This document shows positions 29,700-39,192 of a stretch of DNA of 64,000 bases, piece by piece (the first letter of the stretch is position 1; every line of letters begins with the position of its first letter). The notes under the pieces are model-generated. The model worked only from the letters and a program-made list of their open reading frames with translations, did not search any database and was not told the origin of the DNA. The position numbers and the translations under genes were made by a program. Source of the DNA: an uncultured Pseudomonadota bacterium (GTDB lineage Bacteria > Pseudomonadota > Alphaproteobacteria > Rs-D84); contig OOHL01000004.1 of the NCBI GenBank assembly GCA_900321105.1, positions 10,995 to 74,994 of the forward strand, in the 5' to 3' direction.

Positions 29700-29810
29700 A
29701 TGAAAACAAGTGGCGTATTTTTACCATTTTGGAATTTATTCGCGGCAATTTTCGTATATTATTTGTTTGTTGAAGGCTTAAAAAAGCTTGGTTTGGTAAA
29801 AAGTAAATAA
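29700..29810 (+). CDS. Candidate 36-aa small membrane protein
   Basis: AAAGGA lies 7 nt upstream of the ATG. Sequence MKTSGVFLPFWNLFAAIFVYYLFVEGLKKLGLVKSK has one TM helix and a basic tail. It is too short for the ORF track. Confidence 0.35.
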   Translation: MKTSGVFLPFWNLFAAIFVYYLFVEGLKKLGLVKSK

Positions 29811-29870
29811 AATAGTTGCGTTTTCAAAAAACTTGTGATTAAATAAGACCCAGTCAAAAAGGATTTAACA

Positions 29871-30023
29871 ATGGCAACAAAAAGAACATATCAACCATCT
29901 AAGACACGCCGTGTAAAAACACATGGGTTCCGTGAAAAAATGGCAACAAAATCTGGACGCGATGTTTTGAATCGTCGTCGCGCATGTGGCCGTAAACGTT
30001 TGGCCGTATCTGCCGTTAATTAA
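29871..30023 (+). CDS. rpmH: 50S ribosomal protein L34
   Basis: [50 protein letters not shown]. It is too short for the ORF track. Confidence 0.95.
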   Translation: MATKRTYQPSKTRRVKTHGFREKMATKSGRDVLNRRRACGRKRLAVSAVN

Positions 30024-30044
30024 TACGATGGAAAAAACGAAATA

Positions 30045-30071
30045 AAAAACGCCCTATTGGGCGGTTTTTTT
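30045..30071 (+). terminator. Rho-independent terminator of rpmH
   Basis: AAAAA-CGCCC-TATT-GGGCG-GTTTTTTT. Confidence 0.8.
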
Positions 30072-30085
30072 ATTTATATTGTTTA

Positions 30086-30814
30086 TTACTGTTTTTCCCA
30101 GTGACAAACAATCTTTGCATGTTCGATTTCATCTGTCATAATTTTATGACGCGTTAAATCTCCATCAAATGCAACTTCTATACGAACATTCGGTGTATTT
30201 GGGTTTATTTCATGTTCAAAATAAACATCAATCCCACGCAGTTTATGAGCATTACGATATTCAAATCCGACACTTTCTGTGGCCCAAACTGTATAAACCG
30301 CATTGTTTATGTGTTGATTGACATCAATATCATCAAAACGACATGCCATAACATGCGATTTGGTTGGAACAAAATCAGGACATTTATCAAAATCACGATC
30401 CCAAACACGTTCATCAATTCCACCCCAATCTGGAATATAATCAGAAATCCGAACAGGACGACGCGTTTCAAGGTTTATTAAAACCCATTGTGATATTGCA
30501 CGAATTTTTAAATTACCTTTTTCATCCCTGATTTCAAAATCACGTTCAGAACGCACTGCACCTGGAACAGTTGGCCATGTTGAATAAACCAATTTGTCTT
30601 TTGCGCGTGGCATATCAATAATATCCACAAACATATGCGTTACAACCCATGCGATATTGCGCGCATGACAATATTCACGACCTGCCCCCAATAAATCAGC
30701 ATGCTTACCTGCCAAACCTTGTAATTCGTTCATTAACATGATTGGGCGCATAAGACCATATCTGTCGCATTGATATGATTTTAAAATGTGTTCTTCGACC
30801 AGTTTTGTTGCCAT
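30086..30814 (-). CDS. Acyl-ACP thioesterase family protein
   Basis: 242 aa with a double hot-dog layout. YQCDRYGLMRPIMLMNELQGLAGKHADLLG and ...DVNQHINNAVY resemble FatA/B-type thioesterases. Confidence 0.65.
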   Translation of the reverse strand: MATKLVEEHILKSYQCDRYGLMRPIMLMNELQGLAGKHADLLGAGREYCHARNIAWVVTHMFVDIIDMPRAKDKLVYSTWPTVPGAVRSERDFEIRDEKGNLKIRAISQWVLINLETRRPVRISDYIPDWGGIDERVWDRDFDKCPDFVPTKSHVMACRFDDIDVNQHINNAVYTVWATESVGFEYRNAHKLRGIDVYFEHEINPNTPNVRIEVAFDGDLTRHKIMTDEIEHAKIVCHWEKQ

Positions 30815-30839
30815 GATTTCTCTCCATTATCCTAGGTAA

Positions 30840-33239
30840 TTATTCATTATTTTGAACAACAACAAAATCAGTTTCTTTTCCCAAAACAATTTCATTTGCA
30901 CGTGCCGCAGATTTAATAAGACCATGCAAAATTTCTGGGGTATCATTTGGGATAGTCAAAGTTTCCAATTTTGCGCCATTACCAACCTTGCGTTCTGTAC
31001 GCAGGCCACGAACATTTTTCAAAATATCCAGCGCAATACCCATTTGTGAAACATCAGTATTGTATTCTTCTTTTACAATTGGATATTGTGTTAAATGCAA
31101 TGTATCTCCACCCTCATAATCTTTATAGATTTTTTGCCATAATTCTTCGGTAATAAATGGAATAAATGGTGCATATAAACCAATTATTGCACGCAATACT
31201 TCAAACAATGTCCATTGTGCAGATATTTTTGATTCATTGCTGTATTTTTCAGGCGCCCAGAATCTGTCTTTGATAAATTCCAGATATTGATCACAGAATA
31301 TATCCCAGAAGAATGTGTCAATCGCACTGCGCGCGTTAAAGTTATCGTATTTATCAAGATTACGACGCGTTTCTGCGATTGCTTTATTCAATTCGCTTAA
31401 CACCCATCTGTCTTCGATAAATCTTTCAGATACAGGTATTTGTTGTGCAGATTTTGGATCAAAATCAGTCAAATTCATCAAAACGTATTTTGAAGCATTC
31501 CACAATTTTGTTAACAATTTTGAACCGCGTTTAACTTCATCATCACTGTATCTTAAATCTGTACCGATTGGGGCAGTTGCAATCCAATAACGCAATGCAT
31601 CTGCACCAAATTTTGACACACTGTCCAATGGGTCGGTGCCATTACCCTTGGTCTTGGACATTTTTTGTCCCTTGGAATCGCGAACAAGGCCATGGAAATT
31701 AACCGTATGGAACGGAACATCACCCATTACATACATACCCATCATTATCATACGCGCAACCCAGAAAAAGATAATATCTGCCCCGGTGTACAACAAATCT
31801 GTTGGATAATATTTTTTCAATTCCAATGTTTCATCTGGCCAACCAAGTGTTGAAAATGGCCAAAGTCCCGATGAAAACCAAGTATCCAAAACATCTTTAT
31901 CACGGGTTAATGTTTTACCACCAGATTGTTTTATTGCTTCTTCTTCGGTTTCTGCGACATAAACATTGCCTTCATCATCATACCAAGCGGGTATATGATG
32001 TCCCCACCATAATTGACGTGAAATTGTCCATGGACGAATATTTTTCATCCACGCCATAAACAAATTATATCTGTGTTCTGGCAAGAATTTAATTTTTCCT
32101 TCTTCCACAGCTTTAATTGCAGGTTGTGCCAAAGTCGCAGCATCAACAAACCATTGGTCAGACAACATTGGTTCAACCGGCACACCACCGCGTTCTGAAT
32201 AAGGTGTTGGAATAATTTTATCTTCGATTTTAACCATCAAACCTGCGGCTTCCAAATCTTCGATGATTGCTTTACGTGCAACATATCTGTCCATACCACG
32301 ATATTTTTCTGGAACAACAGATTCATTATTTAATTTCGCATCCTTGGTTAAAATGCAAAGTGGTTCCAGATTATGACGCAAACCAACTTCATAGTCATCA
32401 AAGTCGTGCGCTGGTGTAATTTTTACCGCACCGGTACCCTTTTCAGGATCTGCGTGTTCATCCGCTATAATTGGTATTTCAATATCTGTTAACGGTATGA
32501 TTGCCATTTTCCCAATCAAATGTTTTAATTTTTCGTTTTCTGGGTGAATCGCAATTGCTTTATCCCCGAACAAAGTTTCAGGACGCGTTGTTGCAATTTC
32601 AACAAAACCGCCATCTTTTAATGGATAATTAAAATAATAGAATTTTCCGTTTTCTTCGCGGGTATCAATTTCCAAATCAGAAACCGAAGTTTGTTGTTTC
32701 GGGCACCAATTTACAAGACGTTTTTCACGATATATTAAACCTTCGTTATACATTTTCACAAACAGTTTTGTAACCGCACGCGATAAACCTTCGTCCATGG
32801 TAAATCTTTCACGTTTCCACACCGGTGTTACACCCAAAATATGTAATTGATTTATGATTTGACCGCCCTTGTCCGCTTTCCATGTCCAGGCGGCATTCAA
32901 TTTTTCTTCCAAAGACAAACTATGTGGGTTTATTCCGCGTTTTGACAAATCACGTTCAACCAATAATTGGGTTGCAATTGATGCATGGTCTGTTCCAGGT
33001 TGCCACAAAACATCAAAACCGTCCATTCTTTTATAACGGCAAACAATATCAGTCAACACGTTATCCAATGCGTGTCCCATATGCAAATTACCAGTCACAT
33101 TTGGTGGTGGCATCATAACACAGAAAGATTTTTTATCTGAATTAACATCATTATCCCAAAAATGATTATCATCCCAAAACTTTTGAATTTTGGTTTCTAA
33201 TTCACGTGTATCTATATTTTTACCCAATTCAATATTCAT
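30840..33239 (-). CDS. valS: Valine--tRNA ligase (short, 799 aa, no C-terminal coiled coil)
   Basis: Contains PPPNVTGNLHMGHA, WQPGTDHASIATQ and KMSKTKGN. Confidence 0.9.
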   Translation of the reverse strand: MNIELGKNIDTRELETKIQKFWDDNHFWDNDVNSDKKSFCVMMPPPNVTGNLHMGHALDNVLTDIVCRYKRMDGFDVLWQPGTDHASIATQLLVERDLSKRGINPHSLSLEEKLNAAWTWKADKGGQIINQLHILGVTPVWKRERFTMDEGLSRAVTKLFVKMYNEGLIYREKRLVNWCPKQQTSVSDLEIDTREENGKFYYFNYPLKDGGFVEIATTRPETLFGDKAIAIHPENEKLKHLIGKMAIIPLTDIEIPIIADEHADPEKGTGAVKITPAHDFDDYEVGLRHNLEPLCILTKDAKLNNESVVPEKYRGMDRYVARKAIIEDLEAAGLMVKIEDKIIPTPYSERGGVPVEPMLSDQWFVDAATLAQPAIKAVEEGKIKFLPEHRYNLFMAWMKNIRPWTISRQLWWGHHIPAWYDDEGNVYVAETEEEAIKQSGGKTLTRDKDVLDTWFSSGLWPFSTLGWPDETLELKKYYPTDLLYTGADIIFFWVARMIMMGMYVMGDVPFHTVNFHGLVRDSKGQKMSKTKGNGTDPLDSVSKFGADALRYWIATAPIGTDLRYSDDEVKRGSKLLTKLWNASKYVLMNLTDFDPKSAQQIPVSERFIEDRWVLSELNKAIAETRRNLDKYDNFNARSAIDTFFWDIFCDQYLEFIKDRFWAPEKYSNESKISAQWTLFEVLRAIIGLYAPFIPFITEELWQKIYKDYEGGDTLHLTQYPIVKEEYNTDVSQMGIALDILKNVRGLRTERKVGNGAKLETLTIPNDTPEILHGLIKSAARANEIVLGKETDFVVVQNNE

Positions 33240-33374
33240 TGTTTGCCTCTGTATTTTACTATGTCAAATTTTACACAATAAAAACACAAAATCAAGTAAA
33301 TGAACGGAAAAAGGTTCCTAGTGCAAAAGAGCCTTGGAAAGCGCATAATTCATATGAATTTTACGGGGGAAAAT

Positions 33375-33731
33375 ATGAACAAAATTATCAAAATGCTTAT
33401 CCAGGAAACAATCCATAACAATCGCCTGGTTCGAACGGCAGTCCCAATGGGTGAAAAATATATAGTTTTGGATAAAAATGGACACGAAATTTTATCGGTA
33501 ATAAATGGCTGGGCAAATGGTAATTATAATGTCTATGTTAATAAAAAATCTGTCCTTGCCGTCAGATGGGACGAAACAAACAGCAAACCATTAACAAGTG
33601 ATCAAAAAACAATGGTTGATATTATAAATACTTGCAAAGAAAAAATTGATTTACAAGAAACCGCACAAACAATGAAACCACACGAACTGGAATTGGCAAA
33701 TTTTTTACAAAAATCACTTTGCCGCGTTTAA
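33375..33731 (+). CDS. Hypothetical protein (118 aa)
   Basis: GGGGGAAAAT-ATG context. The track ORF begins further upstream at 33300. No family recognised. Confidence 0.45.
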   Translation: MNKIIKMLIQETIHNNRLVRTAVPMGEKYIVLDKNGHEILSVINGWANGNYNVYVNKKSVLAVRWDETNSKPLTSDQKTMVDIINTCKEKIDLQETAQTMKPHELELANFLQKSLCRV

Positions 33732-34454
33732 TTAAATTGCATGCACAACACGACAAAATGAAACCGCGTATACGGCAGATACCCCGGCTTTGCGCAAAAC
33801 ACGATTTAATTCATAAAATGTTGCGCCACTTGTCATAACATCATCAACTAATAAAATCTTTTTGCCAACAATATTATCTAATTTTTTAACTTCAAAAACA
33901 CCACGCACATTTTCGCGTCTTTGTTTTGCGCTTTTATGTCCCATATCATGTCTGTATTTTCGTGCGATTGAATCAACATCTAAAATTGCATTAAAATGTT
34001 TTGCAATTGGATGCGCCAATAAAGTGGCCTGATTATATCCACGTTTAAATAATCTTTTATATGCCAGCGGAACAGGTAACACAACGTCTACATCTATATC
34101 TAAATCCCGCAAACAATTTATCATCGCATTTGACATTAATGTTTGGTATTTAAGTTGGCTTGCATGTTTAAACGGCAACATTATATTTTTTGAAACATCA
34201 TCATAAACACATGCAGATCTTATAAAATCCAAATCACATTCTCCGGCCGCACAATGTGGACAAAGCGGCTTTGACCCCAAATCTAAATCTGCCGGAAAAG
34301 GATAGCCACATTTAAAACATTTGGGATTTGATATCCAGTTGAAACGCGACCAACATGCTGCACATAAATAACCATGCGAATCAACAAAATCGCCGCATAC
34401 GGGACAAATCGGGGGATATATAAAATTTATCAAAGATTTGAATAATTTTACCAC
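33732..34454 (-). CDS. comF: ComF-family phosphoribosyltransferase-like protein
   Basis: N-terminal Cys clusters (CPVCGD...CAACW, CFKCGYPF...CPHC) and the PRTase motif ILLVDDVMTSGAT. Confidence 0.8.
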   Translation of the reverse strand: MVKLFKSLINFIYPPICPVCGDFVDSHGYLCAACWSRFNWISNPKCFKCGYPFPADLDLGSKPLCPHCAAGECDLDFIRSACVYDDVSKNIMLPFKHASQLKYQTLMSNAMINCLRDLDIDVDVVLPVPLAYKRLFKRGYNQATLLAHPIAKHFNAILDVDSIARKYRHDMGHKSAKQRRENVRGVFEVKKLDNIVGKKILLVDDVMTSGATFYELNRVLRKAGVSAVYAVSFCRVVHAI

Positions 34455-35686
34455 GACATACTTTTGTATGTTTTTGTTGAAACACTGTCACCAAACATAT
34501 TGCGTTTTTGCTGTGTCAAAGAATCAAAAGTATCACCAGAAATCACACGCAAAACAAATTCATCACCATCGCGTTGTGATAACACGGGAACAATTCTTTG
34601 ATCGCTTATTCCGGTATCACGTAAAACCTGTTCAACAATAGCCAAACGACGTGCCGCTAATTTACGTGCATCCTTGGTATGTGTCGCAGATTCCGGTATT
34701 GCGATTTGAACCGCACGTTTTGGATTATTAACAACAATCGCCGCAGTTTCGGCCAATAAATTATAATTTTCACGCGACAAACCACTGTCTGAATTTAAGA
34801 AAGAAATCTTTATTTCCATCGGACGCACACCACCGTCAATTTCAGACAAATCACGTGCTGCTGAAAAACCCTCTATATTTGATGTCATATCGCTGACTGC
34901 ATCAAATCTGTCATCAATTTGATATGTTGATAAATGTTTATTTTCTGACAAATATGTTTTCTTAAACGCCTTTTTTAATTCATTTGGCGACATTTTTGTC
35001 ATATCATCATGCACAGATGTAAATTTTGGTTCCGCAACATTTGCCGCGTTGCGTTGTGCAATTTGTTTTGGCGTATCCATTGAAACAACACTGCGTTTCA
35101 AAGATGTTTCACTAATATTTTCATCTGATACTTTCTTTGGCACAACACGTGTTTCGCCTGCAATTGGTGTACGCACAGAAACAGGACGCGCATTTGCAAT
35201 TTGTTGTTCTTGTAATTTCGACAACCGTGCAATTTCCGCACGCAATTGTTTTATTTCGTCCAACGCTTCATCTTTTGAAACACGCGATGCGACACCTTTT
35301 GTTGTGCTTGCAATTTTCAAAGAATCTTCATCCAAAGATTCTTCTGGCAAAAGCGCATCTGATTTAATCACGGCTATTTCATCCATGCGCGGCATACGAA
35401 GTGGCGTATCTACATTACGCGCCCACAAATCAGAACTTGGGCGTTTCGGATTTAAAACATCTGTATTTGCAGCAAGCGTTCTTTTAGTTGCGGCACGCGC
35501 TACAACTTTTTTTTCTGTATTTGTACGACTTTGTGTTGCAACTGATTTTTGTGGAATAATTTCTTCGCCAAATGCACCACGTGCAGACACATTTCCGCGC
35601 GACACATCAACAACCGGCAAATACGCGGAAATTCCGGCACTTACAGATAACAAATACACGACAAAAAATGACGAAAAATATTTCAT
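34448..35686 (-). CDS. Secreted hypothetical protein, 412 aa
   Basis: It has a signal peptide, then a basic low-complexity region and a coiled coil (IKQLRAEIARLSKLQEQQ). The C-terminal ~110 aa have an OmpA/MotB-like flavour (RKLAARRLAIVEQVLRDTGISDQRI). That domain call is tentative. Confidence 0.55.
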   Translation of the reverse strand: MKYFSSFFVVYLLSVSAGISAYLPVVDVSRGNVSARGAFGEEIIPQKSVATQSRTNTEKKVVARAATKRTLAANTDVLNPKRPSSDLWARNVDTPLRMPRMDEIAVIKSDALLPEESLDEDSLKIASTTKGVASRVSKDEALDEIKQLRAEIARLSKLQEQQIANARPVSVRTPIAGETRVVPKKVSDENISETSLKRSVVSMDTPKQIAQRNAANVAEPKFTSVHDDMTKMSPNELKKAFKKTYLSENKHLSTYQIDDRFDAVSDMTSNIEGFSAARDLSEIDGGVRPMEIKISFLNSDSGLSRENYNLLAETAAIVVNNPKRAVQIAIPESATHTKDARKLAARRLAIVEQVLRDTGISDQRIVPVLSQRDGDEFVLRVISGDTFDSLTQQKRNMFGDSVSTKTYKSMSW

Positions 35687-35751
35687 TCCTTTCCTTCCTT
35701 GACTTAATCATAGAACAAATGGCGAATCGGGCGCAAGCAAAAAATTAGTCG

Positions 35752-35778
35752 TAAAAAATCCCCGAATAAATCGGGGCA
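35752..35778 (-). terminator. Rho-independent terminator after murG
   Basis: The minus strand reads CCCCGA-TTTAT-TCGGGG-ATTTTTT. Confidence 0.65.
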
Positions 35779-35796
35779 TTTAAAATTTGATAAAAA

Positions 35797-36843
35797 CTAT
35801 TTTTCAATTGTATCGGCTATTTTTTGCACCGCAGTATTTTTTACAAATGCTTTCTTTGCCATTTTGTCAAGGCGCACTGGATTTTCGAATAATTCGTCCA
35901 ATGTTGCCGTTAACCATTTATGTGTGAACTTGCTTTGTTCGATATCAAATCCGCCACCCAGTTTTGCAAAAGATGCTGCATTCGCCGCCTGGTCTGGATT
36001 GATATTCAATGGGACTAATATCGCAGGACGACCGATTGTTTCCAATTCTATGACCGTACTGGCACCGCTGCGTCCAACGACCAAATCTGCATCGACTATC
36101 GCACCAGCCATATCGCGCACAAAAGATAACACATTTGCATGTATTTTATGTGCCGCATAAAATCGCTGTAATTTTTCAACATTTTCAGGACGTGTTTGGT
36201 GTGTTATAAACAATTTCTTGTTTTTCATATTAGAAATTGCAACAGGTACAACATCATCCAAAATTTGCGCCCCCAACGAACCACCTGTTACCAAGATCTT
36301 ATTTTCGTGTTTTAATGGTGCATTTTCATTTTTCATAAAATCATCACGCACAGGAAGCCCAGTATAAACAATATTCGTTGTCGCATTATTTGGCATACCA
36401 TCTACCGTTTTAAAACTGGTCATTAAAGTCTTTACCCAACGCATTGCAAATTTATTTGCACGACCAATAGCCGCATTTTGTTCATGTAAATACGTAGGTA
36501 TTTTCCAAACATGTGCTGCAAATACAGCCGGCACCGATGCATATCCGCCAAACGCAACCAATCTGTCAGGTCTGACGAAAGCAAATCTTAATATCAGCGC
36601 GAATGCAGATACGGCAATCTTTGCCAATGCAAGCATTTGTTTTAATTTTGATTTTGCGCCAACGCCGGCCGCCCAAATAAATGCGACACGTGCCTTTTCA
36701 GGCTTTCCATCACGTACCATTTGCATAACACGACCATCGGTTGAAATAGTTATTTTATGACCACGTCGTGCTAATTCTTTGGCAACACTAAGTGCCGGAA
36801 AAACATGTCCACCTGTACCACCTGTCGCAATCCATATTTTCAT
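35797..36843 (-). CDS. murG: UDP-N-acetylglucosamine--N-acetylmuramyl-(pentapeptide) pyrophosphoryl-undecaprenol GlcNAc transferase
   Basis: Contains GGTGGHVFPAL and the C-terminal GASTVIEL motif. Confidence 0.9.
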   Translation of the reverse strand: MKIWIATGGTGGHVFPALSVAKELARRGHKITISTDGRVMQMVRDGKPEKARVAFIWAAGVGAKSKLKQMLALAKIAVSAFALILRFAFVRPDRLVAFGGYASVPAVFAAHVWKIPTYLHEQNAAIGRANKFAMRWVKTLMTSFKTVDGMPNNATTNIVYTGLPVRDDFMKNENAPLKHENKILVTGGSLGAQILDDVVPVAISNMKNKKLFITHQTRPENVEKLQRFYAAHKIHANVLSFVRDMAGAIVDADLVVGRSGASTVIELETIGRPAILVPLNINPDQAANAASFAKLGGGFDIEQSKFTHKWLTATLDELFENPVRLDKMAKKAFVKNTAVQKIADTIEK

Positions 36844-36858
36844 TTTTTACCCCCAATT

Positions 36859-38004
36859 TTAATTATGCCACGTATCTTCGCGAATAAGTGCTAAAACCAT
36901 TCCGAATAATATACAAAACGTTATAAATGAAACACCACCATACGATATAAATGGCAACGTCATTCCCTTGTCTATGACCAAATGAAGTGCTGTCATCAAA
37001 TTAAAACATACCTGACCTCCAAACAGCGCAGCTGTTCCGGCAACGGCATAAACAACAAAATCGTCACGCGCAGTGCTGGCATGTTTGATTAAATTACTTA
37101 ACACCAAGAATAATAAAACGACCAATGCACAGGCACCTATTGCCCCCCAATCTTCTGCAATTGACGCATAAACAAAATCGTTCGTAGATTCAGGCAACAC
37201 GTCTTTAACAAATGCTTCATCCCCGCTACCAAAAAGACCACCATGTTTAATTGAATTTATCGAATACCAAGCCTGTGTTCGCGGAACAATATCAAATATA
37301 TGTGCCGCACGCGAACGGATATGTGGCATAAACGTTATTGCGGCAACTGCCAAAGCCGCAACAGCACCTAACATTGCCGGCATAAATTTCCATGGAAATC
37401 CCGCAACAAAAAGCATTACAAATAACACACCAAAATACAATGCCGCCGTTCCTACGTCCGGATGTTTAAACATCAAGCCTGCAGAAATTAAAAACACAAC
37501 CAGATATGGCCACCATGTTTGCCATCTTGCCTTCCATGCATTTTTATTCAAGAAAATATCGGCCCCGTATATCTTGTGCATATATGATAAAAACCACGCG
37601 GTAATCATTATAAAGAAAGGCTTTAATATATCCGCAGGCATAAAACGTAATCCACCAATATTAACCCATCGCAATGAACCATTTATACGGATTGGATGAA
37701 CGAAAGTAAAAAACAAAGCGGCAACACCAACAATCACACCAACAATTGAGATTTTTATAATCTGTTGTTTATTAAACATACTAAATCCGAACAAACATAA
37801 CAGTCCTATTGTATATGGCAAGAATGCTTTTTTGATAAAATAGAACCATGGATATCCCATACGTGCAGCCTCGGCAGATCCCGCGGTTACCATGGTGATT
37901 GCGCCGACAACAACCATCAACAGAATCATCCCTAATAATTTTCTGTCTATTTCAAAATACCAGCCAGTTAATTTGCTTTCTTCGCCACGTGTAATTCTGA
38001 ACAT
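36859..38004 (-). CDS. ftsW: Peptidoglycan glycosyltransferase FtsW (SEDS family)
   Basis: Polytopic SEDS pattern, ending ...KGMTLPFISYGGVS. Confidence 0.85.
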   Translation of the reverse strand: MFRITRGEESKLTGWYFEIDRKLLGMILLMVVVGAITMVTAGSAEAARMGYPWFYFIKKAFLPYTIGLLCLFGFSMFNKQQIIKISIVGVIVGVAALFFTFVHPIRINGSLRWVNIGGLRFMPADILKPFFIMITAWFLSYMHKIYGADIFLNKNAWKARWQTWWPYLVVFLISAGLMFKHPDVGTAALYFGVLFVMLFVAGFPWKFMPAMLGAVAALAVAAITFMPHIRSRAAHIFDIVPRTQAWYSINSIKHGGLFGSGDEAFVKDVLPESTNDFVYASIAEDWGAIGACALVVLLFLVLSNLIKHASTARDDFVVYAVAGTAALFGGQVCFNLMTALHLVIDKGMTLPFISYGGVSFITFCILFGMVLALIREDTWHN

Positions 38005-38018
38005 TTTTTAATTCCAAA

Positions 38019-39122
38019 TTATGCAAATTTTAACAATATCAATGCGATTCCTGCGAACAAAATTGATATTATAAAAAATCTGTCCACTATTTTTGTTTCT
38101 GCCCAACCCAATTCTTCAAAATGATGATGGATAGGCGCGCGTAAGAATATGCGTTTACCAGTACCGGTTATTTTGCGCGTGATTTTGAAAAACATTGTTT
38201 GCATAAATGATGACAATAATATTAAAACCATCATACCAGCCGCAACACCCATGATAATTTCAGATTTAAGTAACATTGCAACCGTTCCCATAAAACCACC
38301 CAGAGCAAGCGATCCGACATCGCCCATAAATATACTGGCTGGCTTTGTATTGAACCAAAGGAATCCCAGCACTCCACCAAACATTGCCCCCAACACCGCA
38401 TAAAGCGCACTGGTTTGTGGCAAGAATATAACCGCATCCATAAATCCTGTACGTGTTGCACCATAAAGCGCAACAACCAAAACAACCAACACAGGCAAAT
38501 ATAATTTTGAAAGCATTCCATCTAAACCATCTGTGATATTAGTTGCATTTGCAGATCCACAAATAACAAAATATGCAAACACATAATACAAAAATCCAAC
38601 ACCCCATGCATAAAGCGGCAATTCAATTGACGAACCTAAAACTATTGATAAATTTGGGACATAACCAGGCATTGTTTTGTTTATTAAATATGCAAGAATA
38701 CCAACACAAATCGCTTCCAATCCCAAACGCATTGATGGTGACAAACCATTAGACGCTTTCTTTGATTGGCTGCTTATTTTTTTATAATCATCTGCAAAAC
38801 CGATAACACCAAACATTAATAACGAAGACAATGCAATCCAACCGGTTACATTATGCATTGGCATAAATAACAAAGACGAAACAAATACAGCAATTAAAAT
38901 TAAAAGACCACCCATTGATGGGGTTCCTGCTTTTTTTCTGTGTTCCAATGGTACATTTTCACTTATTGGTTGACCCTTGCCCTGAATTTTATGCATCAAT
39001 CTGATAAAACCACGACCAAAAACAATCATTATGATAAACGCCATTCCAAATGCAGCGGCAAATTGTGTCCAACCACTGGCAAAAAATTGAAAACCACGGC
39101 TTATTAAAAAATCAGTCAGCAT
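38019..39122 (-). CDS. mraY: Phospho-N-acetylmuramoyl-pentapeptide transferase
   Basis: Contains GTPSMGG, NATNITDGLDG and HHHFE. Confidence 0.95.
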   Translation of the reverse strand: MLTDFLISRGFQFFASGWTQFAAAFGMAFIIMIVFGRGFIRLMHKIQGKGQPISENVPLEHRKKAGTPSMGGLLILIAVFVSSLLFMPMHNVTGWIALSSLLMFGVIGFADDYKKISSQSKKASNGLSPSMRLGLEAICVGILAYLINKTMPGYVPNLSIVLGSSIELPLYAWGVGFLYYVFAYFVICGSANATNITDGLDGMLSKLYLPVLVVLVVALYGATRTGFMDAVIFLPQTSALYAVLGAMFGGVLGFLWFNTKPASIFMGDVGSLALGGFMGTVAMLLKSEIIMGVAAGMMVLILLSSFMQTMFFKITRKITGTGKRIFLRAPIHHHFEELGWAETKIVDRFFIISILFAGIALILLKFA

Positions 39123-39192
39123 AAAAAACTCCTTTTCATACCGACTATTTTACCATAAAAAAAACACTAAATAAATGAATATAAAAATATTT

